Shown here piece by piece: positions 1 to 8,303 of a stretch of 64,000 nt of DNA. The notes under the pieces are model-generated. The model was not told the DNA's origin, did not search any database, and was given only the letters and a program-made list of their open reading frames with translations. Every line of letters starts with the position of its first letter. The first letter of the stretch is position 1. Both the position numbers and the translations under genes were made by a program. Where the stretch lies: positions 6,372 to 70,371 of the forward strand of contig JAEEVA010000012.1 in the NCBI GenBank assembly GCA_016286995.1. Reading direction: 5' to 3'. The stretch comes from Prevotella sp. Lineage in GTDB: Bacteria > Bacteroidota > Bacteroidia > Bacteroidales > Bacteroidaceae.

Positions 1-1219
1 CGAGGCAGGTACCACCCGCGACCGCCAGTACGGCAAGTGTGAGTGGAACGGACGCGAGTTTTCCGTGGTCGACACGGGCGGATGGGTTGTCAACTCTGAC
101 GACATCTTCGAAGAGGAGATTCGCAAGCAGGTCATCGTGGCCACCGAGGAAGCCGATCTCGTGCTCTTCCTGGTGGATATTCAGAACGGCATGACCGACC
201 TCGACCAGGATGTGGCACAGATTCTGCGCCGCTCGAAGCTGCCCGTTGTACTGGTGGCCAACAAGGCCGACGATGGCAAGCATCTGTACGACCAGTACGA
301 GTTCTACAAGCTGGGACTCGGCGACCCCTTCTGCGTCAGCGCTGCTACGGGTTCCGGTACGGGCGACTTGCTCGACTTCGTCGTGTCGAAGTTGAAGACC
401 GAGGAGGTCGATGACGTGGAGGACGGCACCCCCCGTTTTGCTGTCGTCGGACGTCCTAACGCCGGCAAGTCGAGCATCATCAACGCCTTTATCGGCGAAG
501 ACCGCAACATCGTGACCGACATTGCCGGAACGACGCGCGACAGCATCTATACCAAGTACGACAAGTTCGGCTTCGACTTCTATCTGGTCGATACCGCTGG
601 CATCCGCCGCAAGAACAAGGTCACCGAAGACCTGGAGTTCTACAGCGTTATGCGCTCCATCCGTGCCATCGAGAACTCTGACGTGTGCATCCTCATGATT
701 GATGCCACCCGTGGCATCGAGGCACAGGACATGAACATCTTCCAGCTCATTCAGAAGAATAACAAGTCGCTGGTCGTCGTTGTCAACAAGTGGGACCTCG
801 TCGAGGACAAGTCGCAGGTGGCTGTCAAGACCTTCGAGAATGCCATCCGCGAGCGCATGGCCCCCTTCGTTGACTTCCCCATCATCTTCGCCTCTGCCGT
901 CACCAAGCAGCGCATCTTCAAGGTACTCGAGACCGCTAAGCAGGTCTACCTGAACCGTAAGATTAAGATTGGTACGTCGAAGCTCAACGAAGTCATGCTG
1001 CCCATCGTCGAGGCTACGCCGCCCCCCAGCATCAAGGGCAAGTACATCAAGATCAAGTACGTCTCGCAGGTGCCCGACACGCAGATTCCCACCTTTGTGT
1101 TCTATGCCAACCTGCCGCAGTACGTCAGGGAGAACTACCGCCGTTTCCTCGAAAACAAGCTTCGCGACAACTGGACGCTGACGGGTACGCCGATTAACGT
1201 GTTTATCCGTCAGAAGTAA
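1..1219 (+). CDS. der: Ribosome biogenesis GTPase Der (5' end outside window)
   Basis: Two GTPase domains (DTGG, NKAD; [22 protein letters not shown]) plus a C-terminal KH-like domain. The frame is open to the window edge. Confidence 0.97.
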   Translation, partial: EAGTTRDRQYGKCEWNGREFSVVDTGGWVVNSDDIFEEEIRKQVIVATEEADLVLFLVDIQNGMTDLDQDVAQILRRSKLPVVLVANKADDGKHLYDQYEFYKLGLGDPFCVSAATGSGTGDLLDFVVSKLKTEEVDDVEDGTPRFAVVGRPNAGKSSIINAFIGEDRNIVTDIAGTTRDSIYTKYDKFGFDFYLVDTAGIRRKNKVTEDLEFYSVMRSIRAIENSDVCILMIDATRGIEAQDMNIFQLIQKNNKSLVVVVNKWDLVEDKSQVAVKTFENAIRERMAPFVDFPIIFASAVTKQRIFKVLETAKQVYLNRKIKIGTSKLNEVMLPIVEATPPPSIKGKYIKIKYVSQVPDTQIPTFVFYANLPQYVRENYRRFLENKLRDNWTLTGTPINVFIRQK

Positions 1220-1272
1220 ACCACGGAGTTTTTTTGAACACAGATTTCACGGATTAAACGGATTGACAGATT
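1220..1272. repeat. Degenerate 9-bp tandem repeat (CACGGATTA-like)
   Basis: cacagattt-cacggatta-aacggattg-acagattg immediately after the der stop. Confidence 0.6.
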
Positions 1273-1273
1273 G

Positions 1274-1696
1274 ATGCGCAGCCCTCGTTTCGCTTTTGGT
1301 TTTGTAGTCAGCTTTTTACTCCTTTGCGCCTGTTCCGGCGTCACAGAGGAGTGGCGGGCAGCCAGTGCTGCCAAGGACTACTACGACTGTCTGGTGGAAG
1401 GCAACACCACGGGATTCCTGGAAGGCAAGGCCGGTATCGACGATTTGCCCGATGCCTATGCCGAGCAGTTGCTGAAGGCCGTCGAGCAGTATCAGGCAGA
1501 CATGCAGCAGAAGCATGGCGGACTGCGCGAGGTGCGCATTGTCGACAACCACTACCTGAACGACCATCAGGACATGTACCGTGACACCACTCTTCACTAC
1601 ATCTACGCCTACCTTCTTCTCTGCTACGGTGACTCCACACAGGAGGAAATCACCGTACCTATGGTCAAACAGGACGATGACTGGCGCATGAAGTAG
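1274..1696 (+). CDS. Small lipoprotein (DUF4878/NTF2-like)
   Basis: Signal peptide with LCAC lipobox and a C-terminal 'VPMVKQDDDWRMK' strand typical of this family. Confidence 0.6.
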   Translation: MRSPRFAFGFVVSFLLLCACSGVTEEWRAASAAKDYYDCLVEGNTTGFLEGKAGIDDLPDAYAEQLLKAVEQYQADMQQKHGGLREVRIVDNHYLNDHQDMYRDTTLHYIYAYLLLCYGDSTQEEITVPMVKQDDDWRMK

Positions 1697-1722
1697 TATC
1701 TTTTCCCCTGTGATGATGCAAC

Positions 1723-1764
1723 AAAAAAAACGGATTGATTACCGTTACGGTGATCAATCCGTTT
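1723..1764. terminator. Intrinsic terminator, probably bidirectional
   Basis: Inverted repeat aaacggattgattaccg-tta-cggtgatcaatccgttt with an A8 tract that reads as a U-tract on the minus strand. Confidence 0.8.
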
Positions 1765-1765
1765 C

Positions 1766-1864
1766 TTACAATACAGCGTGGTAGTTATACATTCTTGCTA
1801 CGTTCAAGCAATACTCTGTGTAAGCCTCGCTCTTGAGCCATTTGTTTACTAATTTTTTCATCAT
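1766..1864 (-). CDS. Unannotated 32-aa small protein MMKKLVNKWLKSEAYTEYCLNVARMYNYHAVL
   Basis: Translated by hand. It has an A-rich upstream region, a terminator directly after the stop and a promoter upstream. Confidence 0.6.
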   Translation of the reverse strand: MMKKLVNKWLKSEAYTEYCLNVARMYNYHAVL

Positions 1865-2107
1865 CTTTTTACCCTTTCTTTTACTTTACTCGGAACGGTG
1901 TGTTAATCCGTCCTACTTTAAACAATGTTATCCAATCAATCTTTTTTGTTATCCTGTTGACTGCCTCATTCGACAGCCTTTGTTATCCTGTTGACTGCCT
2001 CACTTGGCAGCCCGTTTGTTCCTTTTAACGGTGCAAGGACAGTGCAAACCGAATGCAGAAGAACTTATTCTTATGCTGAGGTGCAGCCTGTTCTCGCAAA
2101 TGCGTTG

Positions 2108-2115
2108 CAAAGGTA
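2108..2115 (-). promoter_or_regulatory. Bacteroidota sigma-A -7 element (TACCTTTG) for the small-ORF transcript
   Basis: Matches the TAnnTTTG consensus on the minus strand. Confidence 0.6.
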
Positions 2116-2251
2116 CGACGTTTTTTCGGACTATGCAAGGAAAATAGCAAATTGTTTGCGTTAACAGCCCGATTTATTGATGCAAGTCAAAAAGTTAATA
2201 TATATCAAGTAAGTCTAAGGGGATTCAAATCTATCGCTCAAAAACTGTATG

Positions 2252-3655
2252 TCAATGCAGGGCCTTAAGATACTCCTCACGGGCCTGCTTGACCAGCTGA
2301 CGGTAGTCGGCATCGGCATGCATACGCGCCAGAAGGGCTGCGGCCAGCAGACGGCCGGCATCGATGTCTGACGCCCAGTGGTAGCCCACAATCTGACGGT
2401 CGTAACCGTAGTCGTAGCCTATGCGCAGCAATTCGTCCTGACACTCAGGAGCCACTTCGACCAATGCCATTGACAGGGCCCAGCCCAGATTGGAATGGTG
2501 AGAGGCATAGCTGCTGCTGCCGCGTGCCGATGTCTCCCAGGCAGGAACGGCTGTCGCCTCATGCAGCTGCACATAGGGGCGTTTACGGAAATAGACACGC
2601 TTCAAGTCCTTGGCAGACACATTGCTCTGCTTGTCGACCAGTTCCATCAGTGCCACAATGGCGGGTGTCGTCGACCTGTTGAGCTTGACGCCCATGGCGG
2701 TGCCGTAGATTTTCATCAGATAGTCGATGGTCAGGTCGTCGTTCAGCACGGCCAGCTTGCCACGATAGCCAAAGCGCTGCTGCTTGGCTTTCCAGTAGCG
2801 GAACAGGTCGCCCATGTAGCGATAGCTGGCTGTGTCGACAGGGGCGTTGAGAATCTTACAGCCTTGGGGCAGTCCGGCATGGGCCACGGGGTCGTAGTCG
2901 TCAGGCAGTCCCTTCAGCCGCTTGTATTCCGCACGGGCTGCCTCGATGTCCTGCTGGTACTCAGGATGCAGGTGGGCCCGGGCAAAGGCCGCCGAGGCAC
3001 ACAGATAGCCTGCCGTGACGTCGCTCTGGTAGTGGGCACCGGTGATGATGCGGTTTTCACCAAACTGGAAACCACGGCGCATGATGGTGTCCTGCAGCTC
3101 GGGCCACATCTCGGCAAAGGCCAGTGCCGTACCCCATCCGAGCGAGGTGTGTCCGGAGGGATAGCTGCCATTGGTGCGCAGGTAGTCGGTGTCGTACTCG
3201 GCCCAGGTGTCCTCGCCCATCTGGACAAAGGGTCGTGTCCGCATGTACAAGGCCTTGGCAGCCGCCGTACTCTTGTTGCCGGTGTTGTAGGCCCGTAGCA
3301 GAAGTCGTGCCAGAGCGGGGGTCTTCTCGGCACAGATGGTGTCCAGCCCCAGACACTGCGACATGACCGACTCCATGATGGAAGGCAGCCAGGGTGACTC
3401 CATGTTGGCCTGTCGGCCACGTGGGGTGTTACGCTGTGTCTTGCCCCACTGCCACTGTATCATGTCATCGACAAAGTCCATGCTGGCAGTGTCGGGCGGA
3501 GCGGGCAGGTAGAAGCCTGCATTGGGCATCTCATAGGGTTTGACATACACGGTGTCGCTGCTGACGGCCACACGACGAGGTTTCTGGCGGGCCGGCATGT
3601 TGACGGCCACCATACAGGCGGCCAGTAACACGAGGATTTTAGGATTCATCTTCAT
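2252..3655 (-). CDS. Tandem two-domain PAP2 / class A acid phosphatase
   Basis: Two sets of PAP2 motifs: KxxxxRxRP/SYPSGH/RxxxGAHYQSD and KxxxxRKRP/SYASHH/RxxxGYHWASD. The start was moved to MKMNPK because the upstream extension translates repeat DNA. Confidence 0.85.
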   Translation of the reverse strand: MKMNPKILVLLAACMVAVNMPARQKPRRVAVSSDTVYVKPYEMPNAGFYLPAPPDTASMDFVDDMIQWQWGKTQRNTPRGRQANMESPWLPSIMESVMSQCLGLDTICAEKTPALARLLLRAYNTGNKSTAAAKALYMRTRPFVQMGEDTWAEYDTDYLRTNGSYPSGHTSLGWGTALAFAEMWPELQDTIMRRGFQFGENRIITGAHYQSDVTAGYLCASAAFARAHLHPEYQQDIEAARAEYKRLKGLPDDYDPVAHAGLPQGCKILNAPVDTASYRYMGDLFRYWKAKQQRFGYRGKLAVLNDDLTIDYLMKIYGTAMGVKLNRSTTPAIVALMELVDKQSNVSAKDLKRVYFRKRPYVQLHEATAVPAWETSARGSSSYASHHSNLGWALSMALVEVAPECQDELLRIGYDYGYDRQIVGYHWASDIDAGRLLAAALLARMHADADYRQLVKQAREEYLKALH

Positions 3656-3660
3656 AACAT

Positions 3661-3806
3661 TGATAATTGATAATTGACAATTGATAATTGAACATTGATG
3701 CTTTTCCTTTTTTATTTTAGACATAATATCATATTAACATATTAATATATTGTTATTTTGTTAATCTGTCTTTTTCTATTCTTCAATTTTTAAATTTTTA
3801 AATTGT
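3661..3806. repeat. Composite intergenic repeat: AATTGAN heptamers, a 40-bp dispersed element and AATTTTTA octamers
   Basis: 3736-3775 is the exact reverse complement of 27773-27812. Confidence 0.8.
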
Positions 3807-4823
3807 TTAATTTTTAAATTTTTTATTGTAATGCCACAACTCTAGGGAATTGATGATGTTCTGCCACAGCACGTAGCAGCCGGCACCGACGGAGGCCATC
3901 GGATTCAGATAGGTATAGGCCACCCAGATGCTGAGGGCCGTATTCTTCTGGAACGAGGCCTGACCGCTGTTGATGGGGTCGCCCAGATGGTGGCCCACGC
4001 TACGGCCAATGGCAAACAGCACGAAGCATAGTACAAGGCTCAGCAGGGCTATCATCAACAGCAGCGGAAGTCCTGCATCGCTGTGGACAATGTTGCGCAC
4101 GGTGACTCCTGACGTCACGCTGAGCTGGGCTGCCCACAGGTAGAACGACAGGTCGGGGATGGACACTATCCAGGCACACACGCGCTTGGCAAAATGCTGC
4201 ATATACCACCCTAATGCCAAGGGCAGCAGCAGGACGATGGCCAGCTTCTCGAGAATGATGAGAAAGGCACTCCAGAAGTCAAGGCCTGCACCACGCTCCA
4301 ACAGCGGAAATACCGCAGGGATGGTTAGGGCCGAGACAAACGACGAGAGTACCACGAAGGCCGTCATGGTATGGATGTTGCCGCCAATCTTGGCTGTCAC
4401 CACGGGGGCTGCCGTTGCTGCAGGACCGATGATACAGGTCAATACAGCTTCCCACAAGAGAGGTGAGGCTATAATTGATAATTGATAATTGACAATTGAG
4501 AATTGAGAATTAGGAGTCGGGCATCGCTTCAACCATAGGACGACAGCCACACAGGCCGCCGTCAGCACCAGCTGCGTGGCAATGGTGCCGAATTGCCAGC
4601 GGTGTGGGCGCATCTGGTGGAAGTCGATGCGACAGAAGGTGGAGAAGAGCGTCGAGAACACCATCATGGGGAAGACGGCATCGACGACCTCCCCCAGAGC
4701 GTCACCGACGGCGTCAAGCTGTGGCACCCAGTAGAACAGCAGATAGACCACTATGCCTACAGCGATGGCTACAGGCAGCGTCCAGTCCTTTAAAAAACGT
4801 ACGACATTCATATTTTTGTGCAA
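3807..4823 (-). CDS. Bile acid:sodium symporter-family (SBF-like) membrane transporter
   Basis: About ten hydrophobic segments with 'PAATAAPVVTAKIGG' and 'GQASFQKNT' motifs. Confidence 0.75.
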   Translation of the reverse strand: MHKNMNVVRFLKDWTLPVAIAVGIVVYLLFYWVPQLDAVGDALGEVVDAVFPMMVFSTLFSTFCRIDFHQMRPHRWQFGTIATQLVLTAACVAVVLWLKRCPTPNSQFSIVNYQLSIIASPLLWEAVLTCIIGPAATAAPVVTAKIGGNIHTMTAFVVLSSFVSALTIPAVFPLLERGAGLDFWSAFLIILEKLAIVLLLPLALGWYMQHFAKRVCAWIVSIPDLSFYLWAAQLSVTSGVTVRNIVHSDAGLPLLLMIALLSLVLCFVLFAIGRSVGHHLGDPINSGQASFQKNTALSIWVAYTYLNPMASVGAGCYVLWQNIINSLELWHYNKKFKN

Positions 4824-4878
4824 AGATAGTGATTTTTAAGAAAAAAACACTAATTTTGCAGCTAAAACTATACATATT

Positions 4879-5073
4879 ATGCTAGTTAAGACGTTTTGCG
4901 CTGCCGTCAACGGCTTAGAAGTCCACACCGTCACCTGCGAAGTGAGCATGTCGCGTGGCGTACAGTTTCATTTGACGGGACTCCCCGATACCGCCGTCAA
5001 AGAGAGTTACGACCGTATCAAAGTAGCCCTCAACAATAATGGGCTGAAGATGCCAACCATGGAAATAACCTGA
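4879..5073 (+). pseudogene. comM: Orphan 5' fragment (64 codons) of comM/yifB left at the island's left junction
   Basis: Colinear with residues 1-64 of the ORF at 15328 (40/64 identical by hand count), followed at once by TGA. A TAATTTTG promoter lies at 4851-4858. Confidence 0.85.
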
Positions 5074-5321
5074 AACGACTTCTAACACCAGCATACATGA
5101 GTAAACTAAGAATACCTAAATTCCCAGGAACATCCGATAACAAAGGAGTTCCAGGGAATTTTCCTTCCGAAGAATCTGACAAAACCGAGCTCGTATTTCC
5201 CATCAAAGTCCTCAAATTCCAAAGGGTTAAGGCTTACGATATGTTTTAGCCTGAACTTTGAAAATATCCATTCACTGCTACCATCAACTTTCATGCCATT
5301 GAGGTTTTATACAATCTACCT

Positions 5322-8300
5322 CTAACGGCATAAACTTAGAATGAAGGCATAGTGGTAGGGGTGATTGCCATCGATGGTGTATTGAGGCAAGGTTCGTTGT
5401 CCCCAGGTATCGACACCGCCCACGCCGTGGATGTTCAGGTCGATATTAAGATTGACAAAACGGCCACGCTGGATGTCTTGCGGATGACGGGGAGTAGCGT
5501 CAAGATCCTCTTCTCCGTAGTCCCAGGCACGGATGCAGAGAGGCTGGAAACCGTCGATACGCACTTTCCCAGAGTCGGAGCCTATCTCAAACCAACGGAT
5601 GTCACAGCGGTTGCCGTTATCCTGTGGGCGGATATATTCTGTTTCATATTCGCTGAGCGACATCTTGTATTCACCGAGGAAAGCAGAACGCTTGCGGTCG
5701 GGATAGTTCTCCCACGGGCCGCGACCGTAGTAGCGAATCTGTGTGTAGTCGGCAGGCAAGCGCATGCGCATACCGAACTTAGGCATCAAAGGCAAATCGG
5801 TTGCCGTGGGCTGGTAGTCCATAGCGACAATGATACGACCGTCGGCCTTCAAGTCATAAGTCAATGTCAGGTCGGCACCTATGGGTAACGACATCTCTGC
5901 AATGACCTGACGACCCTCCACACGGATAGACTTGATGGTACGTCGGTCAGCGGCATCCTTCCAAACGGCGGTACGCTCGGCGAAATGGGCCGCATGCTGG
6001 TTGTCGTTCTCCGGTTTCCAGAAATATGGCTCCAGCGGGGCGTGGAGCATCTCCCTGCCGTTGACAATCCATGAGACAAGGGCACCGGTCTTTGAGATGG
6101 TGATGGACCCGTTCTCCGTAGGAGCAACAAACCCTTCGTCGGTTTCCTCCGCTACGGTATCCCTGCCGGCAAAAGCCAGGAAGAACTCTTCGGGCTTCAG
6201 CACAAACTGCTCGCGGGCCACCACAAAACCTTTCTTTGCCCAGGGGGTGTTGTGACGCAGACGGGCATAGACATTCAGCACCGTCTCACCGTCGTATTTT
6301 ATAGTGTCGCAGGTAATTTCGTACTCGTCGATAGCAGTAAAGCTGTCGCGATTGACGATGCGGATGGTGCCGTCGTGTTTGTCACGCTTGAAAGTGAGTG
6401 GCTGATAGACGTATTGCACCTCATAGTAGTGGGGATGTGGTTTGCGGTCGGGGCCGACGAGACCGTTGATGTTGAAGTTCCCGTCATTGGGCTGGTCGCC
6501 AAAGTCACCGCCGTAATTCCATTGAACATTGAACATTGACCATTGAACATTATTTGCTACCGCCTTGTTTTGCGCAGCTGAATGGATTGGATAAAGTCCC
6601 TGGTCCACCCAGTCCCAGATGGCAGCACCGGCGATACTACTGTCGGCGTAGATCACATCCCAGTACTCCTGAAAGTTTCCCATCGAGTTACCCATGGCGT
6701 GGGCATATTCGCGGGCAATGAGGGGCTTTTCGGTTTCCTTCTCGGCCTCGGTCTTAAGTACATCGGGGGTAGGATAGCCGAAGTCGTGAAGAGCAGAATA
6801 GCGCGGATGACAGTCGTAGAAAGGCAGACGGGTGCTGTCGAGGGCGACGACCGTGTCGTACATCGCCTGGATATTCGGGCCGACGCCACCCTCATTGCCG
6901 AGACTCCAAAGTATGACGCACGGGTGATTATAGTCGCGTTTCACTAACGACTCGGCACGGTCCACATGAGCGTCTTTCCATGCAGGGTCTTCGCCCATCT
7001 CACGATTGGCATAACCGTAGCCGTGCGACTCCTGATTAGCCTCATCCATGACGTAGATGCCCCAGCGGTCACAAAGCTCATAGAGGTACTCGCGGTCAGG
7101 ATAGTGACTGGTGCGCAGGAAGTTGATATTGGCCTGCTTCATCAACCGGAGGTCCTGCTCGTAGGTGGCATCGTCCACGTAGCGCCCTGTGCGGGGATGG
7201 TGATCGTGACGATTGACGCCACGGAGTTTCACGTTCTTGCCGTTAATCTTAAACACCTCGCCGACACACTCCACGCGCTTCACGCCAAAATGGTAGTCGA
7301 AGTGCTCGATGGTGTTACCCTTTTTGTCCTCCAGTTCCACGCTGAACGGATAGAGATTCGGCTTTTCAGCCGACCACAGGCGCGGATTCTCCAGTGTGTA
7401 ATGGAATACATAGTTAGTGGTGTCGCCGGCGTTGATCTGTAGTTCCGCCCTATCGGCAGATAGTTCGTCTATCATCATGACAGGACAAGCCGTCGCCTTT
7501 TTCTTTCCTGTGTTGCATATAGAGACAACTGCTGTCACTTCCGCTTGCGAGTAGTCAGCATTCGGCACAGCCGTCACGCGGTAATCTGCGATGTGTACCA
7601 AGGGACGCACCCACAGCTGCACTTCGCGGAAGATGCCCGACAGGCGCCACATGTCCTGATCCTCGAGGTACGAGCCGTCGCACCAGCGATAGACCTCAAC
7701 GGCAAGCTTATTCTTGCCTGCACGCATGTATTTGGTCACGTCGAATTCTGCTGGCGACATCGAGTTCTGGCTATAGCCTACCTGCTGTCCATTCACCCAG
7801 ACATACATCGCCGAGTGGACACCACCGAAGTGGAGGATGAGATTCTTCGAGAGCATCTCCTTCGTCACATCAACGAACGTCACATACGAACCCACAGGGT
7901 TGCGGTTTTCGTAGGCCGTCCAGTCCTTCGGCGGCTCGGTAGTCACGCTGGGCCGGTTGCGCACGAAGGGGTAATTGATATTAATATAAATCGGCGTGCC
8001 ATAGCCTTGCGTCTGCCAATTGCCAGGCACGGAAATCTTGTCCCAACCGCTGACGTCGTAGTCCTCCTTATAGAAGTCCGCAGGTCTTTCCTCGGGATTC
8101 CGACTCCAATGGAACAGCCATTGTCCGTCGAGACTCACAATTTCCTTGCACTCCTTCCATTTCGACGGCAGCTGTAGCGTCGCATGGTAGGGCAGTTTGT
8201 TGATGCCCAGCACTGCGGGATTCTCCCAGTCTCTCGTTTGTGCCGAAGCACCAAGAGTAAAGAGCCAAAGGCCAAAAGCTAAAAGCCAGTTTCTTTTCAT
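5322..8300 (-). CDS. GH2 beta-galactosidase (LacZ-type)
   Basis: 'LEDQDMWRLSGIFR', 'GVNRHD', 'RTSHYP', 'WSLGNE', 'EYAHAMGNS', 'WDWVDQG' and a C-terminal Bgal_small domain. Confidence 0.92.
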   Translation of the reverse strand: MKRNWLLAFGLWLFTLGASAQTRDWENPAVLGINKLPYHATLQLPSKWKECKEIVSLDGQWLFHWSRNPEERPADFYKEDYDVSGWDKISVPGNWQTQGYGTPIYININYPFVRNRPSVTTEPPKDWTAYENRNPVGSYVTFVDVTKEMLSKNLILHFGGVHSAMYVWVNGQQVGYSQNSMSPAEFDVTKYMRAGKNKLAVEVYRWCDGSYLEDQDMWRLSGIFREVQLWVRPLVHIADYRVTAVPNADYSQAEVTAVVSICNTGKKKATACPVMMIDELSADRAELQINAGDTTNYVFHYTLENPRLWSAEKPNLYPFSVELEDKKGNTIEHFDYHFGVKRVECVGEVFKINGKNVKLRGVNRHDHHPRTGRYVDDATYEQDLRLMKQANINFLRTSHYPDREYLYELCDRWGIYVMDEANQESHGYGYANREMGEDPAWKDAHVDRAESLVKRDYNHPCVILWSLGNEGGVGPNIQAMYDTVVALDSTRLPFYDCHPRYSALHDFGYPTPDVLKTEAEKETEKPLIAREYAHAMGNSMGNFQEYWDVIYADSSIAGAAIWDWVDQGLYPIHSAAQNKAVANNVQWSMFNVQWNYGGDFGDQPNDGNFNINGLVGPDRKPHPHYYEVQYVYQPLTFKRDKHDGTIRIVNRDSFTAIDEYEITCDTIKYDGETVLNVYARLRHNTPWAKKGFVVAREQFVLKPEEFFLAFAGRDTVAEETDEGFVAPTENGSITISKTGALVSWIVNGREMLHAPLEPYFWKPENDNQHAAHFAERTAVWKDAADRRTIKSIRVEGRQVIAEMSLPIGADLTLTYDLKADGRIIVAMDYQPTATDLPLMPKFGMRMRLPADYTQIRYYGRGPWENYPDRKRSAFLGEYKMSLSEYETEYIRPQDNGNRCDIRWFEIGSDSGKVRIDGFQPLCIRAWDYGEEDLDATPRHPQDIQRGRFVNLNIDLNIHGVGGVDTWGQRTLPQYTIDGNHPYHYAFILSLCR

Positions 8301-8303
8301 ATT

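Noticed and set aside
3656-3724. N-terminal extension of the PAP2 ORF
   Set aside because: It translates heptamer repeat DNA (CSIINCQLSII); the signal peptide begins at MKMNPK.
5030-5294. Short ORFs at the left island end as recombinase remnants
   Set aside because: No serine or tyrosine recombinase motifs were recognisable in the frames examined.
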